Below, one piece after another: positions 14,684 through 28,019 of a stretch of DNA of 64,000 nt. The notes beneath the pieces are model-generated. The model saw only the letters and a list, made by a program, of their open reading frames with translations, was not told the origin of the DNA and ran no database searches. The DNA lies in the NCBI GenBank assembly GCA_015680685.1, contig MNCI01000721.1:478258-542257 (forward strand), read 5' to 3'. The DNA comes from Gnetum montanum. Lineage: Eukaryota; Plantae; Gnetophyta. The first letter of the stretch is position 1, and each line of letters begins with the position of its first letter. A program made the translations under genes and the position numbers.

Positions 14684-14895
14684 GGAAAGACATGTTACCC
14701 ATGCCTAAAGGTAGTCCTCTAGCAAGGTTGATATAGTAATAACCTAATAAATGAATAGAATAAACATTTCTAAGGGTTCCACTGGAAAGACATGTTACCC
14801 ATGCCTGAAGGTAGGTGACTTCTCAGAAATTCTAAGGTTTTTTGAACTCACCTTAGTTACAAGGCTAGAAAGACATGTTACCCATGCCTAAAGGC
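14684..14895 (+). repeat. Three copies of gaaagacatgttacccatgcct(a/g)aagg in A's 3' region
   Basis: Copies at about 14684, 14784 and 14868, with unlike spacers. Confidence 0.85.
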
Positions 14896-16338
14896 ACTCC
14901 TTTGTTCAATGGTCAAGTCTCCTTTGAAAAATTAAATGTGCTACTAATAAACTACTTTCTTGGACTTCCTTGCTAAGTGGTAACACTTCTTGCAACTATG
15001 GTAGCCTTATGGTTATTAGTTTTGAGATTATACAATGCAATGTTACTAGTAAGTGGTATGAACTTGATTTGGATCCTAGATGAAAAGGCTAATGATTACT
15101 TTAACCATATATTACACACAAAAATCCATTATTCCTATGGTAAGACACTTCATGTCCCAATTTCTGCTATCCCTACTACTTCTATTCCACCTCACTGGTA
15201 AATAAAATAATAATTTAATGGTTTTGTATAATATAGTAGTATTTTCTTTATTAAGGTAATACTAACATGTGTATTCTAGAAAACATGTTTCACATTTAAC
15301 TCCTTAAGTACCTACACACACTTATAGGTGTGGTTATACAAGGGCACTAAGGGCTAAAGCCTACTTTGGGGATGACCCACTTGTATAACTCTTATTCCTC
15401 ATACATAATGACTAATTCTACATCATCTTATGCCTCAAGAACACTTAAACAATCATTCTCACTTTCTTACTTTCTTACATATGCATATCTAGTCATACTT
15501 TCAGCAATTTCTATTAGCCATCTCCTATAGACCTCATCAACTTACATTGCCTACATTCCTTCTTTCATAATACTTTCAATGATAATTCCTATATTCTAAC
15601 CATCATGTATGATCAAGGATCCTTCAAACTACCTCTTCATCTTTCAAACTTTCCATTTGACTCAATTTTTTCATCAAAAACTACTCAAAATTAAAAATCA
15701 TTTAAGGATGAAATCATAGCTACAATGTATCAGCCCTTGTGATGTCATAGCTATGATGTTACATCTACGATGTTGTCACTACAAAAATCTATATATACAC
15801 ATGATGAGTTAGAAACTTTTAATTCTTCTTATTTGATGCAACCCTCTAACAACCAAACTTCCAAGCTTTCTAAATTCTTCACCGTAGCTCTAATATGCAT
15901 GATTTTCAAACCCTCTTAATCATAGGGTGAACCACTCAGTTGTGGGAGAGAGCACTACACATAGATAAGCCAATTTGAGCCAAATTTTTCTAACACCTAG
16001 AAGAGTACATTAAGTGTAAAAGCACTAACAATCAATTAAATCTTGATCAAATAACTAATTAAAAGCTAAGAAACTTGATCATTCCTCATAATTACTCATT
16101 CAAATACATAATAAATAAGAAAATAACAATTGTAAGAAGTCATAAAAATTAAAAGATAGAATAAATAAGGGTTTCTTTTTCAAGTTTTTCTAACTCTACA
16201 ATCCTAATAAGGGCTAAATTGAATAATAACAAGGGATAGATTTTAGTTAAATCCAAGGACTTGAGAGAGTATTATGAATCATTAGAAACTTATTTAAAAA
16301 TATTGGGTTATCATAGATAAAATTCTCTATGATTGAAA

Positions 16339-19105
16339 ATGGCTCCTAAGAGACCCATAGCTAAAGGGCCCTCACTACAAAGAGGCAAAATACCTAGAGG
16401 AAGGGGACAAGTTAGAGAGTAGACTCTACAAGTTAAGTAAGAAGCTTAGTCTTTCAATATTCATTAGCCCACAACAACAACAAAACAATCCACATAGGCT
16501 AAAGCTAAAGCACCACCCACTCAATAGTAAGGACAACACCTCATGCTCATAAATGAGTGCCTCTAAGCTATCCAAGAAAAGCCCATCATGTCCACAATCA
16601 TTGTGAAACTTAATTTTGAACCATTCATGGAGTTTGCACCTACTAATGTCCAAGAGTAACTCCAAGCCTCTCATCTCTAACTCATAATCTCATGCAATGG
16701 TGAATGGTACTTAGGAGAAGTCTACCAATTTTGGAAGAATAAATACACTGATGTCATAATTAAGATTGAGGGGATCATATTGCCTTACTCAATTGAAACA
16801 ATCACCAAGGCACTGAATCTTCCTAATGTCAAAGCAAACATTGCACAAATATCCCTAAGATCTAACATGGATGCAAATAAGTTGTGATTACAAAAGACTT
16901 ATGGAACAATAGATAAAGAATATAGTGGATTATCCACTGAAGAAAAGATGTACTTCAAGATTGAGACTTATCACATCTTTGCCATCAAGTGACTAAACAA
17001 GATTTCCACCTATGCTATAAGAGGAAGTGTCATCCTCATGGAAACATTCCAAGTAAATATGGCTACTCTTTTTAGATATCCAAAGAAAATTTGAAGAGAA
17101 GAAGATAAGAAAACTCACATTACCATTCCCTTACCTCATAAAAAGACTATGCAAACAAGCTATAATTCTGGGCTATACCAATGATGTTCTTCCCAAAGCC
17201 TAGAATGCATCCTATGCCAAGATGTCAAAGCTAGTGCCTCCCAAGAAAGATCAGCTAGAAAAGCTAGCAGGCACTAAGGGAGTGGTTGGATCCACACTAG
17301 CAGGAAACATCCCAGGTACGAGACAAGAGCAAGCAAGGCCCAGTGGGTCAACATCAACTAATAATAGACCAAGATCAAGTGCTCCACTAGAATAGTAGGA
17401 ATTTAGACCTTCCATGAGCCATCTGTGGTAGATAGTTGAAATCATACGCTAGGAGAATAGAAAACTCTCAAGTATGTATAAAACATAAGACAATCCAAGA
17501 ATGCCTGTAGTATCAATAGGATCCACTAGTGGTCAGATCTCATTATAGGCAAAAGAAGATGAGGATTGGACATAGCAAATATCAAGGAACACTGCATCCT
17601 TCTAGGTTATGCTTGAAACAAGAGAAGGAGTCATAGTTATGGTTATGCAACACTAGGATATAAATACGAGTAGCTAAATTAATTACAAATCATGTTAAAT
17701 AATCTTTTAGTGTTTTTAGTATCCACCAACAGATATTAGTAGAGCCAAAGATGTCGAAACCATAGCTAGAACCTCTATGGCACCGCAAGAGCATGAAGAC
17801 ATCCTGGATCAACTACTACAAATAGGGCAAGTAATGTAGAGTATTTTTAATATCCCTAATGATATCACTGTAGTGTAGTTAGAACTCATTTCAACCAAGG
17901 GTAAGCTAGTGATTGCAAAGGCTAGAGTTGAACATGCAAAAAATGAGATGTAAAAGTTACAAGTAGAATTAGCTGCATCAAAAGTAGAGAAACAAGAGCC
18001 TGCACAATACAAAGCACTAGACCAACTAGTTAAATTCAAAATAGAAAAGGTAGTCCAACTGACAACTATAAAAATTTAACTCAAGATAGTAAAAGAAAAA
18101 GCAACATGGAATGCCTCAGTGGCTAAAGCCCAAACATATGCCCATACCAAAGACCTAACTACCTTGGAGGAAGAAAACAAAAATATTACTACAGAGAATA
18201 AGAGGTTAACAAATATTGAGAAACAAAAGAATCTCCTTAAAGAAAGCATCCATCAACTAAGATAGTAGTTCACAAGGATCAACCTCAATATGAGAAGATT
18301 GGCTAGGGAAAATAGAACCCCATCAATGGAAGAAGTCTGCACAATCCAAAAAAAGTCAACTATTGAGATTAGCATGTGGCAAAATGAGGCAAAGAAGCAC
18401 AAAAGACTCAAAAAACACTTCTACGACTAAGTGGACATGTACAAGAAGATAAACAAGAAAAAAATCCAAATGGCTAGGGCCAAAATCAATTTAATTATAG
18501 TGCAAACACCTAATTGATAGCTAATATTGGATGGACTTGATCATGTGCATCAAGCAAAAGTTAAGAACAAAGACCTATAGATAGAAGATCTCACTGAGTA
18601 CATGGGATTAGCAAACCTTCGTTATGCTAATCTAGCCATGCTCATAATAGGCAAATCCAAAAATGAACTAAAGTAGCAAGTGATCATAGTATATGTGTTG
18701 TATGAGAAGACATTTGTAGACAAGAAGGATGCACAATAAAAGCTACAAATTGCAAAATCCAAGCTCTAAGTGGTCAAGCCTCTCTACCTGGACCAAAAGG
18801 ACATTACAAAAAATCTAGAAAGAAGGATGGTAGATTATCAAGACCTAAGGAAAATAGCTAGAGCATTTGAAGAGGAAAAACAATAGTTCATGGCCTAGTA
18901 TGTGAAGGAAAATAAAATTTTCCCACAGTTGCCTTACCCATGGAAAGTACCGACTCCAGCAAACATTACTAAATTTGTTTGCATGGTACATGATCCAAGA
19001 TCAAAGGAAGGGAAGCTTCACACATTACTCAACTGATACCAATTCCAAAAGTCCAACAATAAAGAAAAGAGACTAATGGAGGAGCCATTTCTATCAAAAA
19101 CTTAA
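16339..19105 (+). pseudogene. Element A 3' extra ORF (Athila eORF/env-like position), degenerate, with a long coiled-coil-like C-terminal half
   Basis: Starts MAPKRPIAKGPSLQRGKIPRGRG; contains IEGIILPYSIETITKALNLP; K/E/Q-rich helical tract ~17800-18900; lies between INT and the 3' LTR. Confidence 0.6.
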
Positions 19106-19352
19106 AGGCTATATCAAGCTTTGAAGTTTTATTTTGTATTATCTTATTTTATTTATCATATGTGTTCATCATGCAATGCATGATAATTTTGTAAACATCA
19201 CTCGAACCATAGTACAACATTCACAGTAGACTTATTCATGTAAATAATTCATAGTATTCAAATATATATATACACCCCCATAAATTTTATAAAGGACTCT
19301 ATCCTTCTTTTGTTTTAACTTAAGGATGAGTTTCCAATCAATCATGGGAGTA

Positions 19353-20230
19353 TGATAAACTACTTATGTCAAAGGATTGTATTATCATATCTATGGTATC
19401 ATAGCCCTACTTATGCCATAGTAGATGTGATATAGTGGGTCTAATCTCCACTATAAATACCAATCACCTATCATGTCAAACAAAAAACTTTAGTCCAATA
19501 CTTAGGAAAATTCTTATAGTTTATTTTTATGAATTTATACTTAGCAATATAGTGAATGGTCACAGTGTGGTGTTAAATAATTTTATGAAATCTTTCTTCA
19601 AGTCAATTATTCTTGGGCATAATTCATGGTCAAAAATAAAGATCGAGATTATTTTTCACTATTGCAACTTTCTACTTAGTTTTCTTTACTTTTACTTTTA
19701 TCTAGTTTATTTTTTACTTAGTATAATTTTTATACTTAAGCATGTTTACTTTACCTAGGTCATATATAGTTTTTAGGTACTTTACTTTTTCAATGTTCCT
19801 TAGTAAGATAGTATAAGTACAACTAGTTTCAAGCATGTAGTATAATTGTTTGGTAACCAAGAGGTAAGTTCAATTGATTCACTCAATGGTAAATTCACTT
19901 GGTAATCCCAATGATGGTTGCATAAGCCCAAGACATGTGTAGTAAACCATGAATGGATATCTATTGCCCATAGGCTAGAATAGTCTTTTTACTTTCATTA
20001 CACCTAGGCCTAGATTGTATTACCAAATTTCAACTATGTTTACACTTAACCTTAGTTTAAGAAAACAACATCAACATATCATATGCCTCACTAAGAGTTA
20101 AACCATATAACTTAAACTTCACTAGCTCAACATGAGAAGACAACGATCATGAACTAAATATCAACTACTTGCATACTATATTGTCAATACATGAATTATA
20201 ATTTGGTCGTGCATGAACACTTGTGACTTC
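19353..20230 (+). repeat. Element A 3' LTR, main part (last 40 bp displaced to 50841-50880)
   Basis: Matches 6141-~7027; preceded by atcatgggagta. Confidence 0.92.
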
Positions 20231-21754
20231 TATTGCAACCAGAAAATTCAATTGCTAGAAACAATCAAAGCAGATCTAATGCACAATAGTTCCTCAACCT
20301 GTGAATTTCCTGAGCCTCCATGAAAAAATGGGATTCAGAGCACCTTGGATAGTCTAGTAGATCAACTAGGGACTTGGGGGATTTGTGAAATAATGTAATG
20401 AAATGAAATGCAAAAACTGATAACAAATCTAAATAATGCACAGAAAAAAAATAGATATATCTTACACACAAAACCCAAAACTTAAAACTTTATTGAGCAA
20501 AAATAAAGAATAAGTTAGAGAAATGTAAACAAATGGTGCCTGAATGGATAGTAGAGGGGTTCACTTGAATAGGGATTTAGGATCCGTTGAAGATGATGTA
20601 TTCAACCCCACAATCCAAATGTCCTACCACTCTCAATGCTACCAAACCTCCTATGCTGCAATCTCAGATCTGTAATGATGGCTATGGTGGGGATGAGAAA
20701 AGTGGGAAGTCTGGTTGTCAAAGTGCTTCACACTAGGGGATGGAAATCCCAAAAGTGCAACATTGACATCCAAAACCCACAAGTCTCAAGGCTATAATGC
20801 TTCCACACTAGGGTTCAAGAGAATGCAAACCTAGGAGATTGCAAGAACTCTTGAATGCTTGAGAATTCCCTAGTGTGCAATCAAAGAAAATTTTTTTTTA
20901 AGTGCTAAACTAAAAATCTTTGCTTATGTAAAAATTCCTAAACTATGTAAAGTGCTAAACCTATAAATGATGTTTGAGGCTAATTTTTATAGGTCTTGGG
21001 CCATGAATGAGGTCACAAAATGGCTATAAAAAGGTTGTAAATAGGCTACCAACTTTCTGCCTTATTTAGCTAAGATGGTTTTCCAAATTTGGAGGGTTAC
21101 TATACATAGTAAGCACCTTTCCCCATGGTCATTATATTTACTATAAATAGTAACTGGGGCACACCTTCCTTGCTGGAGATGAATCTTCCATGCTAAGCTC
21201 TCCACCATGCTTGCTAAAGTGACTGGTCAACGTTGAAGTGCATGAAGTGATGAATTTTTGCTTTTGTGGCTTTCACACTTGGGGAACGTAATTTTCAACA
21301 CTGGGGTGAAGACTCTATGCTAAGAGGGAAAGGTTTCCAAGTAGTGCATGTAGTCTCCACAGGCTATGCATGTGGTCTCCACACTAAAGGGAGAAAGTTT
21401 CCAATACCCCCATCCTTCCATACTAAGAGTAGGTGAGATTTACCCTCCAACTTCTCTTTCTAGTGTAGAAAAGTGTATACCCCCATAAAACCCATCAAAT
21501 TGCCTTTTGGAATTTTGAAAGGAATTTTTGACACCCCCAAGCCCAAATATAGACACTAAGTGACTTTTTCGCTTGGGGAATGAGGCTTTAACCACTTTTG
21601 AGGCATTTTTTAGCTCCAAAAGTATAAAGTATGTGGAATTTCCCACTGTGGCTTACACTCTTCACATTTACAATGAAGTTTTGCCTTGGGTTTCATGGGT
21701 TGAAAGCTATCTGATGAAAATTAGCTATAACATGCAAATTTTTATGGTGTTTCA
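20231..21754 (-). repeat. Element B 3' LTR
   Basis: Direct repeat of 49272-50840; ends ...tggtgtttca on the plus strand, followed by the PPT complement. Confidence 0.92.
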
Positions 21755-22019
21755 ATGGCCCCTCTTTGTTGATGTCTGGATGATTGACCGAAGAGGCACC
21801 AACAAAGAATACAAAACACCACTACATATTATAATGCTTAATGAATATAAGCCACATGCTAATTAGGCTATCTAGGTGACCAAAGTTGCTAGTTTAAGGC
21901 ATGGTGAGCCATGGTACTAGTTTAAGTCCCTGGTAGGCCATGTTGCCATTTTAAGATCATATCGAAACATTGAAAGCAGGCTCACTTGTCAATGATCATC
22001 AACTACATGTAGTATCACT

Positions 22020-25000
22020 TTAGATAAGAATGACTGACTGGATTGGTCAACTAATTTCCATCCATGTTGGCTATTCTAAATGCACCATTCCCATAGGCTC
22101 TAGTAATAAGGAAGGACCCTTCCCAATTAGCTAAGAATTTGTCCACATGCTCATGGACCACCTTGAGAAGCAAGTCACCTTCTTTGATCTCGCACATGGT
22201 CAAGTTATGATGATGTTCCTACTTCTGCCTCTCTTGATAGTATTTGATGTGAGTAGGCACTTGCATACATTGCTCCTCCACCAAGTCTAAGGCTACTATC
22301 CACAACTCCTTATTCTACTCATCGTTGATGAAGTTGGTCAAGGCTTTTCGGAGCAATGAAACCTACAACTCAAGAGGTAAAGCAACTTCCTAACCTAACC
22401 AAAATATCATGGTTCATACCAATTTTCATGTGATAGGTTGTTCTATATGCCCATAATGCATGCACAAGCTTCTCATGTCATTTATGCTTACTGTTGTCAA
22501 GCATCTTTTTAAGCAAGTTGATGATGGCTTTGCTACTAGCCTCTTGATGAGCTAGGCAAAATTTGGTGCTAGATACCTTTAAAATTTATTTTTCTTTTGT
22601 TGTATGACTAGCCCATGAGTCATATCTTGTGATGGAATGGTTTAAAAGTCAAAAGAAATCATCAAGACAATAAATAATTAGAATTGAATCTAAACAAGTT
22701 CCATACTTATGCGTGTCACTCATAAGTAAAATTATGAACCTTTATCCTAACTTCTAATCATAAGTTCAAGAATAAATATTCATAATTAAATCAAATTGAA
22801 GTCAAAGTTACAAGCATAGATGATGATGAGAATTAAAAGGGAGACTTCACCTAAATTGTGATTCTACCTTGTTGTCTGGACAATGTAGCAACCTCAACAG
22901 CCCATAAATGGATTCTAATTGTCTATAATTGGCACAAAGCTCAACAAATCCTCACATCATAATTTTTCAAGTGGAGACTAGACTTCAATTTCATGTGGGT
23001 TTGCTTGGGTATCAGTCCTGGTGCACACCTTGGGTACCTGTTGGATTCACTTGGGTTGTACAAAAGATGTTGCCCTCATATGCAAATTGAAGTCTTATTT
23101 ATACTTCAATTAAGTTAAAATTAAACATTTTAATAATATATGGATCACATTAATCTATCTAATTTAGTGGAAATGCCAAGTTTGGCATCCCAAATGTTGT
23201 GAACACCAATGGAAACAATTGAAAAGGCACCCTGAAATGTAATGGCAAGGAATAGCCCACTACTACCAACTATCCTTGTCATGTCCTATAGTTGCGATGG
23301 AATAGTAAAACCCTTGGCATGTCCTATAGTTGCTATTGCTATGCTTCTAGAATAGTCACCTACCATTGTCACACTTGTTATTTCTACTCTTATGGTCACT
23401 ACCATGCTTGCAATCACCATCACTGTGCACTATCGTTGCCTTGCTTGCCATCACCATCACTTATCATGCTCACCATCACCATTGCCTATGCCTTCTATTG
23501 TTGCTACTCTAGCTACTGATGTTGCTTTAACGTCACCATTGTTATCTGCTACCCTGGCCGCACCACTGCTACCGTCAAATCCTTGCTCCTATTGCTGATC
23601 CACCTTGTGCCACACACTCACCATCAACATTTCCCTGGAAAACCCTTCCTCATGTTACCGATGCAACAATCACTTCCTATTGACTACCACTGTCGTTGCC
23701 TCACATGTGCTGTCACTTACTATAGCCACACCGCACTGTTGTTGCTTTGATTCACCTACCTACAATAGTTAAACCCTCATTCATTTGCAAGAGTGAAACC
23801 CTTGTTCACCAGCAACAATGAAACCCTCACTTACTTACTGTCACCAGTGTCGCCGGTGCCACCAATGCCACCATGAGCATCACCAGTGCCGCAACACGCA
23901 AATGGGCTTGTTGCCCAATAATATTTATTATTTCTTTGATGATAATAACTTTAATATTTATATGAAATATTCAATAGTATTTATATTATAAGGTTTATTT
24001 ATATAATTTTTATAATATATAAACTATTTATATGTAATATAATAATTATAATCATATTGTAATATATAATATTTTTATATAGTTTTTATATATATAATTT
24101 TATAACTACAATGAATATAAATATTTATTTAGATAAGATAATATATCATGTTCTAATAATGTTTTTATAAAATAAATCAAATTAGTTAAGCTAAAATTAC
24201 AGTAAACTAAACTGTATCAATTTACTAATAATAATATACTAATAATAATGAATTAATAATAAGCTTAAAACTTAATCTTACTAAATTAATGTTAATTAAA
24301 TTTCAATAGTAATTAATTACATAAATCAATTAAAATGTATCCCTTTATTATAGGTACTTAGTTAAAAATTGATCCAATTTTGGGGTTTAACACCTCTACT
24401 TGTCCATTAGCTTGAGGGTAATAGGACAACAACAAAGAATGCTTAATGCCTAGGTTATGATAGAAATCTTTCATTTTATGACTACTAAATTATGGTCCAT
24501 TGCCTATAACTATGGTCATGGGTATGACAAAATGGACTATAATATCATCTAGAATGAATTTGTAGACTTGCTCGGATATACTCTTCCTTAGAGGAATAGT
24601 GTTAATCCACTTTGTAAAGTATTTGGTTATAGTGATGATGAAGCTATGCCTTGAGGAAGACTTAGGCATTATGGGGCCAATGAAATCCAAACCCCATTGC
24701 TGACATGACCATCTTATTTAAGTGGTATGCAACTCAGTCGATGAAACATGTATTGGCATGTGTTACACCGCTTCACCTTTTGTAGGTAGTCATTTTACAT
24801 ATGGGGCCTATAATAGCCTAACCATCTAATTTTAGCGGCCATGGCTCTAGGCCTTATATCTCCTCCACAAACACCCTCATGAACCTCCTCTAGGACTATT
24901 TTGGCTTTATTTTTACCTAAGCACTTTAGGAGTCTACCATCATAGGATCGTTGACATAGTGTGTTATCACCTACAATGACATACTGCTTTGATCACTTAC

Positions 25001-27272
25001 GTATAGTGTCCTTTTGAGAAGTAGTCAAGCCTTGCAAGGATTCACCATGCATAATGTAAATTTTGATATAATCATACCACTCCCTAGCAAGAGCAGTATG
25101 AACGAAGGCTACAAAGATATCCTTAGTGTTCTATGTGATAAGAATAGCACAATCCATGGTTCATGCGGGAAACTTACTAAACAGATCTAGTATCACACTA
25201 AGGGCTAACATTGATATTGCATCAGCTATGGTTTTTTCATTTCAAGGTATGTGTTGGATATCAATGTTTATGAATTATTGTAACAATTGCTTTCCTAGGT
25301 CATAGTAAGATTGTAAGTGCTTAGCTTTGCATGCATAGACTTCGGTCACTTGGTTAACCATGAGTTGTGAATCTCCTATGATCATTAAGTGTCTAATTCC
25401 TAGGTCACAAGCTACCATCATCCCTCTAATCAAACCTTCATACTTGGCTATGTTGTTGACACATGGGAACTCAAAACGATAAGTAGAGGGTCAAATTTAA
25501 CTACATGAGAATTTTATGATGGCAATGGCACTGGTCCCATGGGTAGTTAAAGCACCATCAAAGTGCATGATTGCCTCATAATTCTTAAGTACTTGGCTAA
25601 CTGCGTTAATGTATTCATTAGGGAATTCAAGATCTATGGTTGCTTGGTCATCGACAGGTGAAACTATGAGTTATACGGCTATAGCTTAAACTTTTATTGA
25701 GGATTGAGAGATGTAACATAGGTCAAATTCTATGGTTATGGCTTTCCATCAGGCTATATGGCTACTTTTGTAGATGTTGGTTGTTATGGATCTAATTATG
25801 TTATCTTTGCATATGACGTTGACTTGGCTTTTGAAGACATAGTATCTCCACTTCTTCAAGGAGAAGACTAGTGCTAGACAATACTTCTCTACTTCAATAT
25901 ATGAAGTCATGTGGGCTACTAACGTGTGGCTAAGGTAGTACACAAGCATTTCTACTCCATCATCATGCTTCTAATGGAGTAAAGAGGTAATGGATGTGTC
26001 GAAGATGGCAAGGTAAATGTAAAATGATTTACTCTCTTCTAGAGCATAAACTATCAGTAGTTGTGTCAACTCTTGCTTAAGGTTTTCAAAGGCCTCTTGG
26101 CATTGAGCCATTCACTCATGGCAAACTCTTTTCTTAAGAAAATGTTGCATGGGTTGTAACTTATCTATAAGCCTAGTGATGAACCTATGAATAAATTGCA
26201 ATTTGCCTTATAATCCTTGAAGCTCCTTAAAGTTGATAGTTGTTGCTAAATTAGATATGGCCTTAACCTTATTAGCATTAACACATATCCTTACTTTAGA
26301 GACTACAAAGCCAAGAATCTTACTAGTCTTCACTCTGAAGAAATACTTCTTAGGATTGAGCCTAAGCTTGTATTTGAGGCATCATTTAAGCATAAGGTCT
26401 AGGTCATTAGCATGGTCATTGGCCACTTTGAACTTAATGGCTATATCATCTATGTGATCATTAAGTAAACCTAGCATGTAATCACTGAATATTTAGGCCA
26501 TGGCTCATTAATAGGTTGCTCTAGCATTCTTAAGAACAAAGGGCATCATGGTATAACAAAAGGTACCCAAAGCGGTCATGAAGGCTATGCTAAGTTGATG
26601 CTCTGGGTTGATCCTAATCTAGTTATATCCTAAGAAATCCACCCATAAAGGACAACAAGGCATGTCTAGCCATAGTATTGATAAGTTGATCAATACTGGG
26701 CAAAGGAAAGTCATCCTTCATGATTACTTTATTTAGGTCTCAAAAATTGATGTAAATACGTATACTCCCATTTTTCTTAGGGACTACCATTATGTTAGAC
26801 ACCAATTCTGTGTAACCAATAGCCCTAATAAAACCATCTTGGTAGAGTTTAAGATCTCATCATGAACTACCAAGGCCAAATCAAGTCTAATTTTATGCAC
26901 TTTCTACTTAACTGGTCTAATGATAGGGTCTAGTATGATATTGTGCTGGACTAAACATAAGTCTAGGCCTAGCATATCTTCATATGACTAAGCAAAGACC
27001 TTAATGTTGCTTTGTAGGACCTTTGTGATGTCTTGAGCATATTGAGGTTCTAATCAGGAACTTAGTTTAAGGGTTTTCTCCCCAACACTGTGTGTTGTAA
27101 CAGGAACCTCAACTAGAGAGTCTTCAATTATGTCACCTACCTCTAAGTTAAGGGCTTTGACTAGGTTTTGAGGCCATTCTAAAGGATTGTCTATTGAGGT
27201 TATGTGTTCTATAAGACTCTTAGGCTTAAGATCTAGGCAATTAGGGTCAATACACATCACCGTGAGGTCCAT
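22020..27272 (-). pseudogene. Element B pol: RT ~27010-26050, RH ~26030-25600, archaeal-type RNase H ~25570-25190, INT ~24900-24393 + 22544-22020
   Basis: VFA*SYEDMLGLD; WCLT*W*SLRKM-type RT start, KDDFPL; YIEVEKYCLALVFSLKKWRYY; HFDGA, CVNNIAKYEGLI (aRH), IGDSQLMVNQV; MDFIGPI, YFTKWI, PQANGQVEA. Confidence 0.92.
22545..24392 (-). mobile_element. Solo LTR (1848 bp) of the element C family, inserted in B's integrase
   Basis: Perfect TSD CCTCT (22540-22544 / 24393-24397). Minus-strand ends TGTTAAACCCCAAAA...GCTCATCA are the same as C's LTRs. Splits the PQANGQVEA|SSK motif. Confidence 0.92.
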
Positions 27273-28019
27273 GTAGACACAAAAGCAAGCAGATTTGCTT
27301 CCATGTACTCATACTTTGATCCTGCATGTCGACTAAAAGCATATTAAGTGGTACCTAGGTAAAAGTGAATAAATAATGCTAAAATGCTATAAAAGTTTCC
27401 AAACACATGCAAATCTAATGAAAAGAAGATCATCCAAGGTCATTAATGAGGTAAAGACAATTCAGCAAAGTGCAATAAAAGCCAACAAGGGTTAAATGAA
27501 GGTCAAGCAAGGGAAAATACAAGAAATACTACAAATGGTAAACAAAGGTCACAATTTTGCTAGTTCTAGGCCTTAATAGGCCATGATGCTAGCTTAGAGT
27601 CTTTGTGGACTATGATGCTAGTTTAAGGCCTTAGCGGGCCATGGTCACATGGTGTCAAATAGTGGTCAGGGAAGGTCAAACCCCACTATTTAATGTCATT
27701 TAAAGGCCAAACATAGGCAAATAAGGCTATAATAAGACAAATAAAGAACACATAAAGCTTTATAAAGGCCATAAAAGGTCAATAAGTTCAACGATGCAAT
27801 ACAAGCCCAAAAATAAGCCAAAATACTATGTAATAAGGAAAAAATCAAGTAAAATGGGCCATATATGGTAAAATTTGGCTAATATAGGTTAAAAATTATT
27901 AGGTTTTACTAGATTTAGGCCTTAGTAGGACATTTTTTAAGGCTACAAGGCTATTAGATGAGTTTGTGCATCAATCAAGGTTGTTTCTGGGCTATTGGGC
28001 CCTAAAAAAATCAAGTGTT

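Noticed and set aside
14684-14895. Hammerhead ribozyme or CRISPR-like array
   Set aside because: No CTGATGA core with correctly placed GAAA stems; only three repeats with irregular 55-70-bp spacers, eukaryotic TE context and no cas genes.
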